Shown here: positions 9,446 through 19,519 of the stretch, in pieces | Numbering within the stretch: position 1 is the first letter of the stretch | How the letters are laid out: each line of letters opens with the position of its first letter | DNA from: Candidatus Krumholzibacteriales bacterium | GTDB lineage: Bacteria; Krumholzibacteriota; Krumholzibacteriia; Krumholzibacteriales; WJIX01 | Direction of reading: 5' to 3' | Assembly (NCBI GenBank): GCA_046483305.1 | Contig: JAWODM010000024.1 | Span: 25,714 to 89,713, forward strand | DNA: 64,000 nucleotides | Notes under the pieces: generated by a model | What the model saw: the letters and a program-made list of their open reading frames with translations, nothing else | What the model was told of the DNA's origin: nothing | The model's database searches: none | Translations under genes and position numbers: made by a program

Positions 9446-10260
9446 TGTTTTTTCCCTCCGACTAGCTTTTTGCCAGGTCCTCCCGCCCCCCCGGATTCGG
9501 AACCATCTCTCTTATTTATCATCTCCCGGGCGAGCTTCAGGTAACTGTTCGCTCCTACGCTCTGCACGTCGTACAGGATTACCGGCTTTCCGAAGCTGGG
9601 GCATTCACTCAACCTGACATTTCTTGGTATAACCGTTTTGTATACCTTGTCGCCAAAGTAACTTATCGCTTCGTCAGCCACCTGGGAAGAAAGCTTCAGT
9701 CTCCTGTCAAACATGGTGAGAAGGACACCGTCAACCTTCAGGTTCTCGTTAAGGTGCCTCTGAACCATTCTTATGGTACTGAGAAGCTGGCTCAGGCCCT
9801 CCAGGGCATAGTATTCACACTGAATGGGGATCAGAATCGAATCCGCGGCAGTGAGGGTGTTAAGCGTAAGAAGCCCCAGGCTGGGCGGACAGTCCAGTAT
9901 AACATAATCGTACTCATCCCTTATCCCGGCAAGGGCATCCTTCATCTTCCTTTCCCGGGCCATCTGCGAAACCAGCTCTATTTCGGCTCCGGTCAATTTG
10001 GGATGAGAGGGTACCAGCTCTACCAGTTCTGTTTTCCTCACTACTTCTGAAAGCTTTGCTTCGCCGGTAAGCACTTCGTATATCGTGCTGCTCTCCTCTT
10101 CAGCCCTGACCCCCAGGCCGCTGCTGGCGTTCGCCTGCGGGTCCACATCGACCAGCAGCACCTTTTTCTCGTATACCCCCAGGCTGGCGCTCAGATTAAC
10201 AGCGGTGGTTGTCTTCCCCACGCCACCCTTCTGGTTAGCAATCGCTATCACTTCACCCAT
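9442..10260 (-). CDS. parA: Chromosome partitioning ATPase ParA (Soj)
   Basis: NQKGGVGKTTT, D.DPQANAS, DCPPSLG, PIQCEYYALEG, IPRNVRLSE.PS.G. Confidence 0.96.
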   Translation of the reverse strand: MGEVIAIANQKGGVGKTTTAVNLSASLGVYEKKVLLVDVDPQANASSGLGVRAEEESSTIYEVLTGEAKLSEVVRKTELVELVPSHPKLTGAEIELVSQMARERKMKDALAGIRDEYDYVILDCPPSLGLLTLNTLTAADSILIPIQCEYYALEGLSQLLSTIRMVQRHLNENLKVDGVLLTMFDRRLKLSSQVADEAISYFGDKVYKTVIPRNVRLSECPSFGKPVILYDVQSVGANSYLKLAREMINKRDGSESGGAGGPGKKLVGGKKQ

Positions 10261-10379
10261 TTTGCGTTCTCTCTCCCGTTTTCCTGACCTTTTTGCTGTT
10301 TTTCAGCTCTTACCCGGACAAGAATAAACCCTGCCGGATAATTTTGCAATGCCGAATTTTACGAAATTCTTCGCCGTAC

Positions 10380-10395
10380 CGTTTCACGTGAAACA
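10380..10395. promoter_or_regulatory. parS site 1
   Basis: CGTTTCACGTGAAACA matches the Bacillus-type parS palindrome. Confidence 0.92.
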
Positions 10396-10417
10396 GGGGG
10401 CTGATTTTCATGCAACC

Positions 10418-10433
10418 CGTTTCACGTGAAACG
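10418..10433. promoter_or_regulatory. parS site 2
   Basis: Perfect palindrome CGTTTCACGTGAAACG, 38 bp from site 1, directly upstream of parA. Confidence 0.92.
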
Positions 10434-10440
10434 GCAAACA

Positions 10441-11070
10441 TCAAAACTTTCTGAAAATTATTATTTTTCCCCTTCCAATTAATTCTTCTTTTTCCATCCT
10501 CATCTCCCGGACTCTGTGAGGTTCCCCGTCCATTTCCCAATCCGGCCCCTTTATTGTAATATATATACCGCCGCTCTCAAGAAGTTTTTCGGCGACAGGC
10601 AGGATCTCTGTCAACTTTCCCGCCGCCTTCGAGACAACTGCCTGAAACGGCTTAAATTCCGCTTCTGCGGCATCGCCGGCATAAATATATAAATCTTTCA
10701 ATTTTAATCTTGCCGCTTCTCTTGAAAGAAATGCGGCCATTTTGCTCTTTCTCTCTATGAGTGTAATCTCCAGCTCCGGTTTCAGCACCTTCCAGATGAT
10801 GCCGGGAAAACCTGCTCCCGGGCCGATATCAGCCACGGTTCGCCTTTCCTCTCCGGTTCTTTCAAAAGCTTTCAGCATGAGCGCCGAATCCACAATCTGC
10901 GCTTCTATATTGCTTTCGAGGTTTTCTCTTCCCACCAGGTGGGCCTTGCCTCCAACAGCCCTTACATCCTCAATAAATGCCGCAAGTGCCGGCTCATAGT
11001 CCGCGTAGGCGGCCTCGCCGAATATGTCCCGGACTTTTCTCAGCACCCTCGTTTTCAGCTCTTCGCTCAC
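10441..11070 (-). CDS. rsmG: 16S rRNA m7G527 methyltransferase RsmG (GidB)
   Basis: DIGPGAGFPG SAM motif, LIE...K..FL; canonical position after mnmG. Confidence 0.88.
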   Translation of the reverse strand: MSEELKTRVLRKVRDIFGEAAYADYEPALAAFIEDVRAVGGKAHLVGRENLESNIEAQIVDSALMLKAFERTGEERRTVADIGPGAGFPGIIWKVLKPELEITLIERKSKMAAFLSREAARLKLKDLYIYAGDAAEAEFKPFQAVVSKAAGKLTEILPVAEKLLESGGIYITIKGPDWEMDGEPHRVREMRMEKEELIGRGKIIIFRKF

Positions 11071-12962
11071 CCTGCGCCATCTCCCTCTCCGGCTCTCTTT
11101 CCCCTTTCAAGCAGAACCATCAGAACAGAAAGGTCCGCGCTTCTTACCCCGGCAATTCTCGATGCCTGCCCCAGCGTCTCGGGGCGGAACTGCTCCAGTT
11201 TTTCCCTGGCCTCCGTACTTATGGCATCTATTTGCGCATAGTTGATTCGCTCCGGTATTCTGACATTTTCCATTTTCAGCATTCTTCTGGCGGTTCTTCT
11301 CTGCTTTTCGATATAACCCCTGTACTTCAGCCTTATTTTGAGGCTCTCCTTCTCCTTTTCCGTCAGCCGGAGCTTCCCTCCCGGCAGGTATCCTTCTATA
11401 CCCTCCAGCTGAACTTCAGGCCTCAGTGCCAGCTCCCCGGCCGCTTTTCTCCCCCTGATCTTTCCACCCCGCCGCTTTCCGAGAACCTCAATGCACTCAT
11501 CCGGCGTCAGTTTCTCGGAGAAGAGCCTCTCTTCAGCCCTGATGATATTCTTTCTTTCCTCAATCATCCTCTCCCACCATTTTCTTTCAAGCAGCCCTGT
11601 CTTCACCCCGTATCTGAACAGCCGCCTGTCGGCGTTATCCTGCCTGATCTGAAGCCTGTATTCAACTCTGGAAGTAAACATTCTGTAAGGCTCCGTTATC
11701 TCTTTTGTCACCAGGTCGTCTATCAGCACGCCTATGTAAGCTTCGTCCCTTCTTAATATCAGCGCTTCCCGGCCGCATATACTCAGAGCGCTGTTTATGC
11801 CCGCCATGATACCCTGAGCGGCCGCCTCTTCGTAACCCGAGGTTCCATTGATCTGGCCCGCGAAGTAGAGCCCCCTGACTCTCCTGGTTTCCATGCTTGA
11901 ATGGATCTGGTTCGGGGGAAAGAAGTCGTACTCGATAGCGTATCCGTACCGTACGATCTCCGCCCTTTCAAGGCCGGGGATCTCCTTCAGCATACCTTCC
12001 TGAACATCCTTCGGCAGGCTGGTAGCAAGGCCGTTGACATATGTAAGATCTGATTCGAGGCCCTCCGGCTCCAGAAAAAGCTGATGCCTGTCCTTTTCCC
12101 TGAACCTTACCACCTTGTCCTCTATCGACGGGCAGTACCTTGGCCCGACCCCCTTGATCTGCCCGGAGAACAGCGGCGCCCTTTTAATATTATTAAGTAT
12201 AAGGTCGTGGACCCTGCTGTTCGTGTAAGTTACATGGCAGCAGGCCTGGTCCCTGTCGATACTCCCGGTCCTGTATGAGAATGGCCTCGGGTCGGGATCC
12301 CCGGGCTGGACGGTGCACCTTGAAAAATCGACCGTATCGCTTGCCAGCCTGGGCGGGGTTCCGGTTTTTAGCCGGCCCCTTCTAAACCCTATATCCCGCA
12401 GCCTGTCCGACAGCTTCCCCGCGGGAGGCTCTCCCGCCCTTCCCCCGGCAATCTTTTCCTCGCCGGTATGCATCAGGCCGTTGGGAAATGTTCCCAGGGT
12501 GAGAATAACCCTGCCTGCCCCTATTACTCCGCCATCCTTAACCTCCACCCCCGCAACGCTGTCTCCATCCAGAATCAGGTCCACCGCTTCATCCTCGATT
12601 ATTTCCAGATTCCCCTGCTGCTTCAACGCGCCAAGCATCCTCTGATGGTAAGCGCTCTTATCCGCCTGGGCCCGGGGAGACCATACCGCTTCGCCCTTGG
12701 ATCTGTTCAGCATCTTGAACTGTATCCCGGTATCGTCAATAGCCAGAGCCATTTCCCCACCCAGCGCATCTATCTCCCTCACCAGCTGGCCCTTGGCCAG
12801 CCCCCCGATCGCCGGATTGCAGGGCATTCCCGCTATATCATCCACTGTCAGCGTAATTACCAGAGTTTTGATCCCCATTCTGGCTGCCGCCAGGGCGGCC
12901 TCGCAGCCGGCATGCCCCCCTCCCACTACTATTACTCCGTATTCCCCGCCCGGTTTTGCCAT
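11067..12962 (-). CDS. mnmG: tRNA uridine-5-carboxymethylaminomethyl modification enzyme MnmG (GidA)
   Basis: GGGHAG.EAA, MPCNPAIGGLAKGQLVREIDALGG, RLKTGTPPR, GPRYCPSIEDK, AGQINGTSGYEEAAAQG. Confidence 0.98.
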   Translation of the reverse strand: MAKPGGEYGVIVVGGGHAGCEAALAAARMGIKTLVITLTVDDIAGMPCNPAIGGLAKGQLVREIDALGGEMALAIDDTGIQFKMLNRSKGEAVWSPRAQADKSAYHQRMLGALKQQGNLEIIEDEAVDLILDGDSVAGVEVKDGGVIGAGRVILTLGTFPNGLMHTGEEKIAGGRAGEPPAGKLSDRLRDIGFRRGRLKTGTPPRLASDTVDFSRCTVQPGDPDPRPFSYRTGSIDRDQACCHVTYTNSRVHDLILNNIKRAPLFSGQIKGVGPRYCPSIEDKVVRFREKDRHQLFLEPEGLESDLTYVNGLATSLPKDVQEGMLKEIPGLERAEIVRYGYAIEYDFFPPNQIHSSMETRRVRGLYFAGQINGTSGYEEAAAQGIMAGINSALSICGREALILRRDEAYIGVLIDDLVTKEITEPYRMFTSRVEYRLQIRQDNADRRLFRYGVKTGLLERKWWERMIEERKNIIRAEERLFSEKLTPDECIEVLGKRRGGKIRGRKAAGELALRPEVQLEGIEGYLPGGKLRLTEKEKESLKIRLKYRGYIEKQRRTARRMLKMENVRIPERINYAQIDAISTEAREKLEQFRPETLGQASRIAGVRSADLSVLMVLLERGKRAGEGDGAG

Positions 12963-12981
12963 ATCTTTGATTCCCGTTATT

Positions 12982-14352
12982 CTATTTCCCTATACAGAAT
13001 CGGCTGAATATTTCATCCAGGATATCCGCTTCCACTGACCTCCCGGTTATCTCTCCGCAGGCAGCGGCCCCCTCCCTCAGCCAGACCGACAGGATCTCTG
13101 CCGGCCTGCCTGACCTGGTTTCCCCGATCATCCTCTCCATCGCCTCTCTTGCACGCCTCAGGGCGCCACACTGCCTGGCATTTACGGCTATCCTGTGCTT
13201 GGAAACCTTTGTTATTCTTGGTGTTGCGGTCTTGTTGTATATCCATTCCCTCAGCCGGTCCATACCCTCTCCGGTCACCGCCGAGAGCGCCAGAATGTTT
13301 TCTGTTCCAAGAGCACGGGCAGCTTCAGCTCTGTCCATCCGCAGCCCCAGATCGCTCTTGTTCAGAATAACCGCATAGTCGGGATGACTGATTCTGCCTG
13401 CCATCTCGAGGATTTCCCCTCCAGGCTTCTCGCTTCCGTCAATGACGAAAAGGAGCAAATCGGCTCCTGCCGCCGCCTCTTTCCCCACAGATATCCCCCG
13501 GGCCTCAATTTCACAAACGGTTTCAGCCAGGCCAGCCGTATCTTCAAGGTAATATGTAAACCCCCTTATATGTATCCTCTCTCTGAGCAGGTCTCTGGTA
13601 GTGCCGGGAATATGGGAAACTATGGCCCTCTCTTCTCCGAGCAAGGCGTTGTAGATACTGCTTTTGCCGGCATTGCGGGGCCCCGCGAGGGTCACTCTTA
13701 TCCCGTTTCTGAGTTTATTTCCTGGAACGCCGGTCTCTATCAGGCGGTCCAGTTCCCTGATGATCTCCCTTCCTTCGGATTCCAGCTCTTCTCTTGAGAA
13801 CTCCCCGACCCCCTCTTCCTGCGAAAAATCAATCGATCCTTCTACCATCGCCATCTGGCGCAGCAGCCTCTTCTCTATCCTGCCGACCCTCCTGGAGAGC
13901 CCGCCCCTGAGGTGTTCCAGAGCCACCCTGCTCTGGAGCCTGGTCTCAGAAGAGATGAGGTCAGCCACCGCCTCAGCCTGCGCCATATCCAGTTTTCCGT
14001 TTGAAAATGCCCTTCTGGTAAACTCGCCCGGGGGCGCCATCCCGGCCCCCGCTTTCATCGCCTCTTCAATAATCGTCTCTGCCACCTGCATGCTTCCGTG
14101 GCAGTAAATCTCCACAACATCCTCGCCTGTATAGGAATTGGGCTTCTCCATGAACACGGCGAGAACTTCATCCACCGGCTCTCCCGAAATCTCCCTGAGG
14201 ATGATTCTCTTTATGTGATGGGATTCCCATCTCCCCGCATCAGGAGCCAGCCTTCCGAGTATCTTCGCCGCCTCCGGCCCGCTCATCCTCACCACCGCAA
14301 TCCCCGATTCCCCGGGCGGAGAGCTCAGAGCAACTACTGTTGAATCGCTCAT
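12982..14352 (-). CDS. mnmE: tRNA modification GTPase MnmE (TrmE)
   Basis: SYTGEDVVEI.CHG, GEFTRRAF.NGK.D..QAE, NAGKSS, GTTRD, C-terminal FSRFCIGK. Confidence 0.97.
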   Translation of the reverse strand: MSDSTVVALSSPPGESGIAVVRMSGPEAAKILGRLAPDAGRWESHHIKRIILREISGEPVDEVLAVFMEKPNSYTGEDVVEIYCHGSMQVAETIIEEAMKAGAGMAPPGEFTRRAFSNGKLDMAQAEAVADLISSETRLQSRVALEHLRGGLSRRVGRIEKRLLRQMAMVEGSIDFSQEEGVGEFSREELESEGREIIRELDRLIETGVPGNKLRNGIRVTLAGPRNAGKSSIYNALLGEERAIVSHIPGTTRDLLRERIHIRGFTYYLEDTAGLAETVCEIEARGISVGKEAAAGADLLLFVIDGSEKPGGEILEMAGRISHPDYAVILNKSDLGLRMDRAEAARALGTENILALSAVTGEGMDRLREWIYNKTATPRITKVSKHRIAVNARQCGALRRAREAMERMIGETRSGRPAEILSVWLREGAAACGEITGRSVEADILDEIFSRFCIGK

Positions 14353-14355
14353 ACT

Positions 14356-15051
14356 CTATCTTCCGGATCTCTTTTTCCTGTTCTCCTCCGATTTGGACGG
14401 AGTAACAATGACTTTTCTCAGTCTCCCGCTCCCTACGGTATATGTCGAAATATCATTTTCATCGGTCAGTTCGATGTGCGCTATTCTTCTCTCTGAGGAT
14501 TTCATCGGGTCCAGGCCTGTATCCCGCCCCGTTTTTCTGACCTTCTTCGCGGCCTTTCTGGCTTTCTTCCGTATTATGTCATACCTGTTCTTGAGGTACC
14601 CTCCCACATCCAGGGTCATTCTTCTGTAACCACCCAGCCTCTTTGAGATTATCCTGCCTACCAGGTGCTGCAGCGAATCCAGGGTATCCCCCTTTCTGCC
14701 TATCAGCAGTCCGTCCACACCCACAGTCTCGATATTAATATACGTTGAATCTCCATCCGTTTCGGAAAATATCCTGTATTTAACATCCAGGCAGTCGAGG
14801 ATTATCTTCATTATCTCGTTTGCTATCTCCTCCACGCCGGCATTCCTGCTTTTTCTGGTGACCTTCACCTCGGCGTCCCGGGCCCCGAGAATCCCCAGGA
14901 AGCCCTTTTCTCCGGGATCTTCTATCTCTACATCCACTTCGTTGATATTTGCCGAGATCTTGTCGAGCGCTTTTTTAAGCGCTTTCTCCACCGTCTTTCC
15001 TCTTGCCTTAACGTACTCTGAATTTGCTTCTCTATTTTCTCTTCTGTGCAT
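14356..15051 (-). CDS. jag: Jag/KhpB (EloR) RNA-binding protein (Jag-N, KH, R3H)
   Basis: GKTVE.A...AL, KGFLG..G, LLIGRKGDTLDSLQ, PM...ERRI.H. Confidence 0.93.
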   Translation of the reverse strand: MHRRENREANSEYVKARGKTVEKALKKALDKISANINEVDVEIEDPGEKGFLGILGARDAEVKVTRKSRNAGVEEIANEIMKIILDCLDVKYRIFSETDGDSTYINIETVGVDGLLIGRKGDTLDSLQHLVGRIISKRLGGYRRMTLDVGGYLKNRYDIIRKKARKAAKKVRKTGRDTGLDPMKSSERRIAHIELTDENDISTYTVGSGRLRKVIVTPSKSEENRKKRSGR

Positions 15052-15104
15052 ATCCTTTCTCCTATCTTGCTATTACTAAGGTAATTACGACAGCTTGTCT
15101 GATT

Positions 15105-16862
15105 TTATCCATTCTCCTGAGTTTTTTCGCTTTCTTCCTCTTCAATCTCTCTGTTTGCTATGTACTGCTGAGTAATGGTCAGCAGATTGTTCACTATCCA
15201 GTAGAGTACCAGCCCGGATGGCATCCCATAGAAAATAAAGGTAAATACAATAGGCATCATAGTTTGCATCATTTTTTGTTGCGCGCCCGGCGCTGCCGTT
15301 CCCCCGCCTCCGAGCTTGGACTGGAGCACCATGGCCCCTCCCATGATCAGGGGCAGCAGGTTGAAGGTATCTCCGAGAATCGGAAGGGTAACACCGAAGC
15401 TGAACAGCGCGTCCGGAGCAGAAAGATTATTAATCCACAGCACGAACGGAGCGTTCCTCAGCTCAATGGTGTTTCTCAATACCTGGAAAAGTGCAATAAA
15501 TACGGGCATTTGCAGCAACAGCGGCAGGCATCCGCCCAGGGGGTTCACCCCGGCCTCCTTATACAGCTTCATGGTCTCTTTATTAAGGGCTTCCCTGTCA
15601 TCCTTATATTTCTCCTGAAGTTTCTTGATCCTCGGCTGCAGCCTCTGCATGTCCTTCATGGATTTGAAGCTCTTGTGGGTGAGGCGGTAGAACAGAAGTT
15701 TGGTCAGAATGGACATGATAATAATTATTACGCCGTAGTTCGGAATAAACTGCCTCAGGAAAACCATTATCTTCAGTATAATTACGCTGAAGAACCTGAG
15801 CCATCCGAGGTCCACCGCCTTCTCCAGCCCCATCCCGAACTTCTCCAGCCTGCTCATGTCCAGCGGCCCTATATAACCGGTGAAATTCCTCTCTATTATC
15901 CTGGGGTCGCCCCTGAAGGGATAAGAAATTGAGTAACCCACAAACCCCTCGCGTTCATCCCCGAGCATAACCAGATCCCCGGACCGCGGCTCGTCAACCA
16001 TCAACGCGCTGAGGAAATACTTGGTTCTGGCCCCCGCCCAGGTGACGGTACCCTGCTTTATTTTGGGCTCGCCATCACCGAAGCTTCCCAGCGATTCCTT
16101 GTAGAACTCCTCGCTCACTCTTCCCAGGGAAGCGAACCCGCTCCAGTCCCAATCCTTCTTATTCTCGGTTACCTTAAGCCCGCAATCCCAGTTGACATGA
16201 TAAGATTCCGTATCCCTGAGCAGGCTGTCCCGGCTCATTTCTACCGAAAAATTGTACCTGTACCCACTGGAGTAGAAAACAAAACGCTTCTCTATATAGT
16301 CTCCGCCCTTCATGTCACTCCTGAAGACGATCTCCGCCGGCTCCCCCTCTTCGGTCAGCCTGATTTCACTGCCGTCAACAGCCGTCTCGCCGTTTACCGT
16401 CATCCGGAAACCGGTATCAGAAAAGTCGATCTCCGACCCGTCGTCTCGTACCACTCCCACACCGATCCCGCCCTTTCTGCCCTCCGGGATAAGCTGCACC
16501 ACGCTGCCCGCGTCTTTACTGAAATCAAGAAGTTTAACGCTCTTTATTTCTCCCCCGGCACTCCCGAGCTCCAGCTCCATATCCGCCGTAAGTAGTTTGA
16601 CAGTAATATTTTCATATTCATTGGCGCCTTCTTCAAGCTTGAGATCTTCATCGGCGGCCTCTCCCCCGCCGGCCTCTGTCTCCAGGCCCGGCTCCTCTCC
16701 GCCGGCCGCTTCCGTTGAAATAGATTCGCCGGATGCCTCCTGCTCCACTTTCTCCGACCTTGCCAGCTGTGCCTGCTCCTGCTTCGGTTTGATATAGAAA
16801 TAATTCCATAGGACAATTGTGAGAAAGGTCAATACTATGGCTAAAAGAGAGCGTTTATCCAT
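15105..16862 (-). CDS. yidC: Membrane protein insertase YidC
   Basis: MDKR N-terminus, periplasmic domain, NYG..II, SMK.MQ.LQP, LYK..GVNPLGGCLP.LLQMP, PSGLVLYW..NN. Confidence 0.97.
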   Translation of the reverse strand: MDKRSLLAIVLTFLTIVLWNYFYIKPKQEQAQLARSEKVEQEASGESISTEAAGGEEPGLETEAGGGEAADEDLKLEEGANEYENITVKLLTADMELELGSAGGEIKSVKLLDFSKDAGSVVQLIPEGRKGGIGVGVVRDDGSEIDFSDTGFRMTVNGETAVDGSEIRLTEEGEPAEIVFRSDMKGGDYIEKRFVFYSSGYRYNFSVEMSRDSLLRDTESYHVNWDCGLKVTENKKDWDWSGFASLGRVSEEFYKESLGSFGDGEPKIKQGTVTWAGARTKYFLSALMVDEPRSGDLVMLGDEREGFVGYSISYPFRGDPRIIERNFTGYIGPLDMSRLEKFGMGLEKAVDLGWLRFFSVIILKIMVFLRQFIPNYGVIIIIMSILTKLLFYRLTHKSFKSMKDMQRLQPRIKKLQEKYKDDREALNKETMKLYKEAGVNPLGGCLPLLLQMPVFIALFQVLRNTIELRNAPFVLWINNLSAPDALFSFGVTLPILGDTFNLLPLIMGGAMVLQSKLGGGGTAAPGAQQKMMQTMMPIVFTFIFYGMPSGLVLYWIVNNLLTITQQYIANREIEEEESEKTQENG

Positions 16863-16901
16863 TCTCTTTTCCTCTCCTGGTTAAAATATAAGGCTTATTA
16901 T

Positions 16902-17129
16902 TCAGCGGACAGGATCATATCCGCTCTCTGACGAAAACGGATGGCATCTGAGGAGCCTCCTCAGGGCTCTGTGCCCGCCTCTTATTACCCCGTACTTCCG
17001 GATAGACTCTTCCGCATAACGGGAACAGCTGGGCACGAACCTGCAAACAGGCAGATGATAGGGTGAGACTGCCGTTCTATATATCTTTATCAAAATTATT
17101 GCTGTTTTTGCCGTTAATTTCAATATCAT
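16902..17129 (-). CDS. yidD: Membrane protein insertion efficiency factor YidD
   Basis: CRFVPSCS.YA...I.KYG..RG......RLLRCHPF...GYDPV. Confidence 0.95.
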   Translation of the reverse strand: MILKLTAKTAIILIKIYRTAVSPYHLPVCRFVPSCSRYAEESIRKYGVIRGGHRALRRLLRCHPFSSESGYDPVR

Positions 17130-17133
17130 CTGC

Positions 17134-17472
17134 TTATAATATTAATCCTGCGTTAATTAATGAGTTCTCGATATCTTCTTTCAACTCATCGTATGGCGTT
17201 TCCTTTGGATCAAAAGAGGCTACGAAAATAATCCATAAATTTTTTTTCACGAACCTTTTCTTAAGCTCTAGGAATGCCTCTCTCATGAGCCTCTTGGCTC
17301 TGTTTCGCTGATAAGCCTTACCTACATTCTTCCTGCTGGCTACAAACCCGGGTAACAAACCCTCCTTATCCCGGTACATATAATATATTGCAACCCTGTT
17401 CCCAACTTCCCTTTTCCCCTCCCTGTAAACCTGCCTGAACTGCAGGTTCTTCTTCAGTCCTGTGATCCTCAT
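17134..17472 (-). CDS. rnpA: Ribonuclease P protein component
   Basis: LKK..QF..VY..G, G..ASRK.VG.A..RNR.KRL.RE motif; position after rpmH. Confidence 0.93.
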   Translation of the reverse strand: MRITGLKKNLQFRQVYREGKREVGNRVAIYYMYRDKEGLLPGFVASRKNVGKAYQRNRAKRLMREAFLELKKRFVKKNLWIIFVASFDPKETPYDELKEDIENSLINAGLIL

Positions 17473-17490
17473 TAACCGATTCTCTTCCGG

Positions 17491-17625
17491 TTACACACTT
17501 AACTGCTTTCTCCCCTTCTTCCTTCTCCTGGCGAGGATCTTGCGCCCGTTCCTGGTCTTCATCCTTGCTCTGAAGCCATGCTTCCGTTTTCTCTTCCTGC
17601 TGTGAGGCTGATATGTTCTCTTCAT
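17491..17625 (-). CDS. rpmH: 50S ribosomal protein L34 (missed by the ORF track)
   Basis: Manual translation [44 protein letters not shown], 44 aa. Confidence 0.97.
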   Translation of the reverse strand: MKRTYQPHSRKRKRKHGFRARMKTRNGRKILARRRKKGRKQLSV

Positions 17626-17677
17626 ACTTAATCACACTCTTTCCATATTCTATCTATTGTATAACCCTAAACATCTT

Positions 17678-17706
17678 ACAATATTAATCTGGCATTTTTA
17701 TGTCAA
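17678..17706 (-). promoter_or_regulatory. Sigma70-type promoter of the rpmH operon
   Basis: TTGACA-N17-TATTGT on the minus strand. Confidence 0.6.
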
Positions 17707-17994
17707 GGACTTTATTTGTGCAATCCCTAAGTTCCGTCCGTATCTTGTCTTATTGGTCTAATTTCTTTACGCCGTTTCCTCTATTTCGAAATTTTCGCCG
17801 TCCGGCTATTTATTTTTTCTTTATCTTACTATATTACTATCGGTTACATACTATTTTGCAAAATATTCATATTTTGCTTGATATGCTTTTTTCCTTGTGA
17901 TAGCTTTTCGGTTGCTGGGTGAGAAGGAGCAAATCCGAAACAACAACACCTCTTGTTTCCTGACATCATTGTTCCACAACCCGATAATCAGGAT

Positions 17995-18106
17995 TGTGGA
18001 AAAAATATAGTTTGTGCTTTAACTGACCCGCCTATTAAATTGTCAAAAATGGAGTTATAGAGTTATCCACAATTGTGGAAAACTTTCTTTTTTTCGGTTA
18101 TACAAA
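17995..18106. promoter_or_regulatory. DnaA boxes upstream of dnaA (oriC part 1 or autoregulation)
   Basis: TGTGGAAAA 17995-18003; perfect TTATCCACA 18063-18071 inverted against TGTGGAAAA 18074-18082; TTATACAAA 18098-18106. Confidence 0.8.
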
Positions 18107-18118
18107 TGGTGGAATGGC

Positions 18119-19519
18119 ATGGTAGTCGGTGGCTTACCCGATAATTCGGCTGACAATCGCCCCAAGGAAGTGCGCCTCGCTGAGCTCTGGGGAAATATCC
18201 TGGGGAGGATCAGCACCAAGGTCAATTCACAGACTTTTCAGACCTGGTTTGAGCCTATGAAGATATCGGGTTTTACCGGGGACACTATCATCATCGAAGG
18301 GCCCAATCCCTTCTTTATCGACTGGGTTTACGAACACCATATCGACAAAATAAGGGAAGCGTCAAAAGCCGTAATCGGGAATGACGTCAATGTCGAATTC
18401 ACAGCTTCCGGCTCTCACGCCCGCGTCGACCAGCCCGTGGTAACAGACTCCTGCCGGCCCGGCATACCCGGTGGCCCCGCCCCCAGAAGGAGCTATTCCA
18501 TAAAACTTAATGATAAATACACCTTCGAGGAATTTGTGGTGGGAGAGGGTAACCGCCTGACCCACGCCGCGGCTAAGGCTGTTGCCGAGAAACCGGCCAG
18601 GGCCTATAACCCTCTCTTCATCTACGGAGGAGCGGGGCTGGGGAAAACACACCTGGTTCAGGCCATAGGTCACTTTTCACTGAAACACCACAAATCGAGG
18701 GTTATTTCTTATGTCTCGGCGGAGAGCTTCATGAACGAGCTTATTTACGCGATCCAGAAAGGGGAAACCCTTAAATTCAAGGATAAATACCGTAACACGG
18801 AAACCCTTCTCCTGGACGACGTTCACTTTCTGGCAGGCAAGGAGAGCACCCAGGAGGAGTTTTTTCATACATTCAACGCCCTTCACGACGGCAACAAGCA
18901 GATCGTTATGACCAGCGACCGCCCTCCCAAGGAAATTCCGAAACTTCAGAAGCGCCTGTCCACACGTTTCGAATGGGGCCTGATTACGGATATTCAACCG
19001 CCGTCTTTCGAGACCAGGATAGCGATCCTCCGGAAAAAGGTCAGGAATAACCGGATTGAGATCCCCGACGACGTGATTACCTTCATTGCCGAAAACATCA
19101 AGAGCAACATAAGGGAGCTGGAGGGTTCTCTTACCAAGCTTCTCGCATTCTCCAGCGTCAACAGGGTAGATATCACCCTGGAGATGGCCGAAAAGGTACT
19201 GACCTACATGATCAGTTCGAACAAAAGGGCCCCGGTGACGGTGAGCTCTATTATCAAAACGGTATCGGAGACGTTCGAGATACCTGTCTCGAAGATCAAG
19301 TCGCGGTCCAGGGTGAGCCCGGTAGTCACCGCCCGCCAGATAGGGATATATATATCAAGGCAGCTCACCGATTCATCCCTGGTGAGTATCGGTCAGAAAT
19401 TCGGGGGAAGGGACCACAGCACGGTCCTTCACGCAATAAAGAAAATAGAGCGGCTGAGAAAGAAAGACCACGAAATCGAAACCAGGATACAGACCCTGAT
19501 AAGCCGGCTTTCGAAATAA
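18119..19519 (+). CDS. dnaA: Chromosomal replication initiator DnaA
   Basis: YNPLFIYGG.GLGKTHL, LLLDDVHFLAGKESTQEEFFHTFN, RF.WGL, GGRDHSTV.HA. Confidence 0.98.
   Translation: MVVGGLPDNSADNRPKEVRLAELWGNILGRISTKVNSQTFQTWFEPMKISGFTGDTIIIEGPNPFFIDWVYEHHIDKIREASKAVIGNDVNVEFTASGSHARVDQPVVTDSCRPGIPGGPAPRRSYSIKLNDKYTFEEFVVGEGNRLTHAAAKAVAEKPARAYNPLFIYGGAGLGKTHLVQAIGHFSLKHHKSRVISYVSAESFMNELIYAIQKGETLKFKDKYRNTETLLLDDVHFLAGKESTQEEFFHTFNALHDGNKQIVMTSDRPPKEIPKLQKRLSTRFEWGLITDIQPPSFETRIAILRKKVRNNRIEIPDDVITFIAENIKSNIRELEGSLTKLLAFSSVNRVDITLEMAEKVLTYMISSNKRAPVTVSSIIKTVSETFEIPVSKIKSRSRVSPVVTARQIGIYISRQLTDSSLVSIGQKFGGRDHSTVLHAIKKIERLRKKDHEIETRIQTLISRLSK

Noticed and set aside
10310..10540. 76-aa minus-strand ORF containing VSRET and FHVKR
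   Set aside because: These peptides are translations of the two parS palindromes, and the ORF overlaps rsmG out of frame.
17366..17635. 89-aa minus-strand ORF
   Set aside because: Wrong-frame overlap of the real rpmH and rnpA genes.
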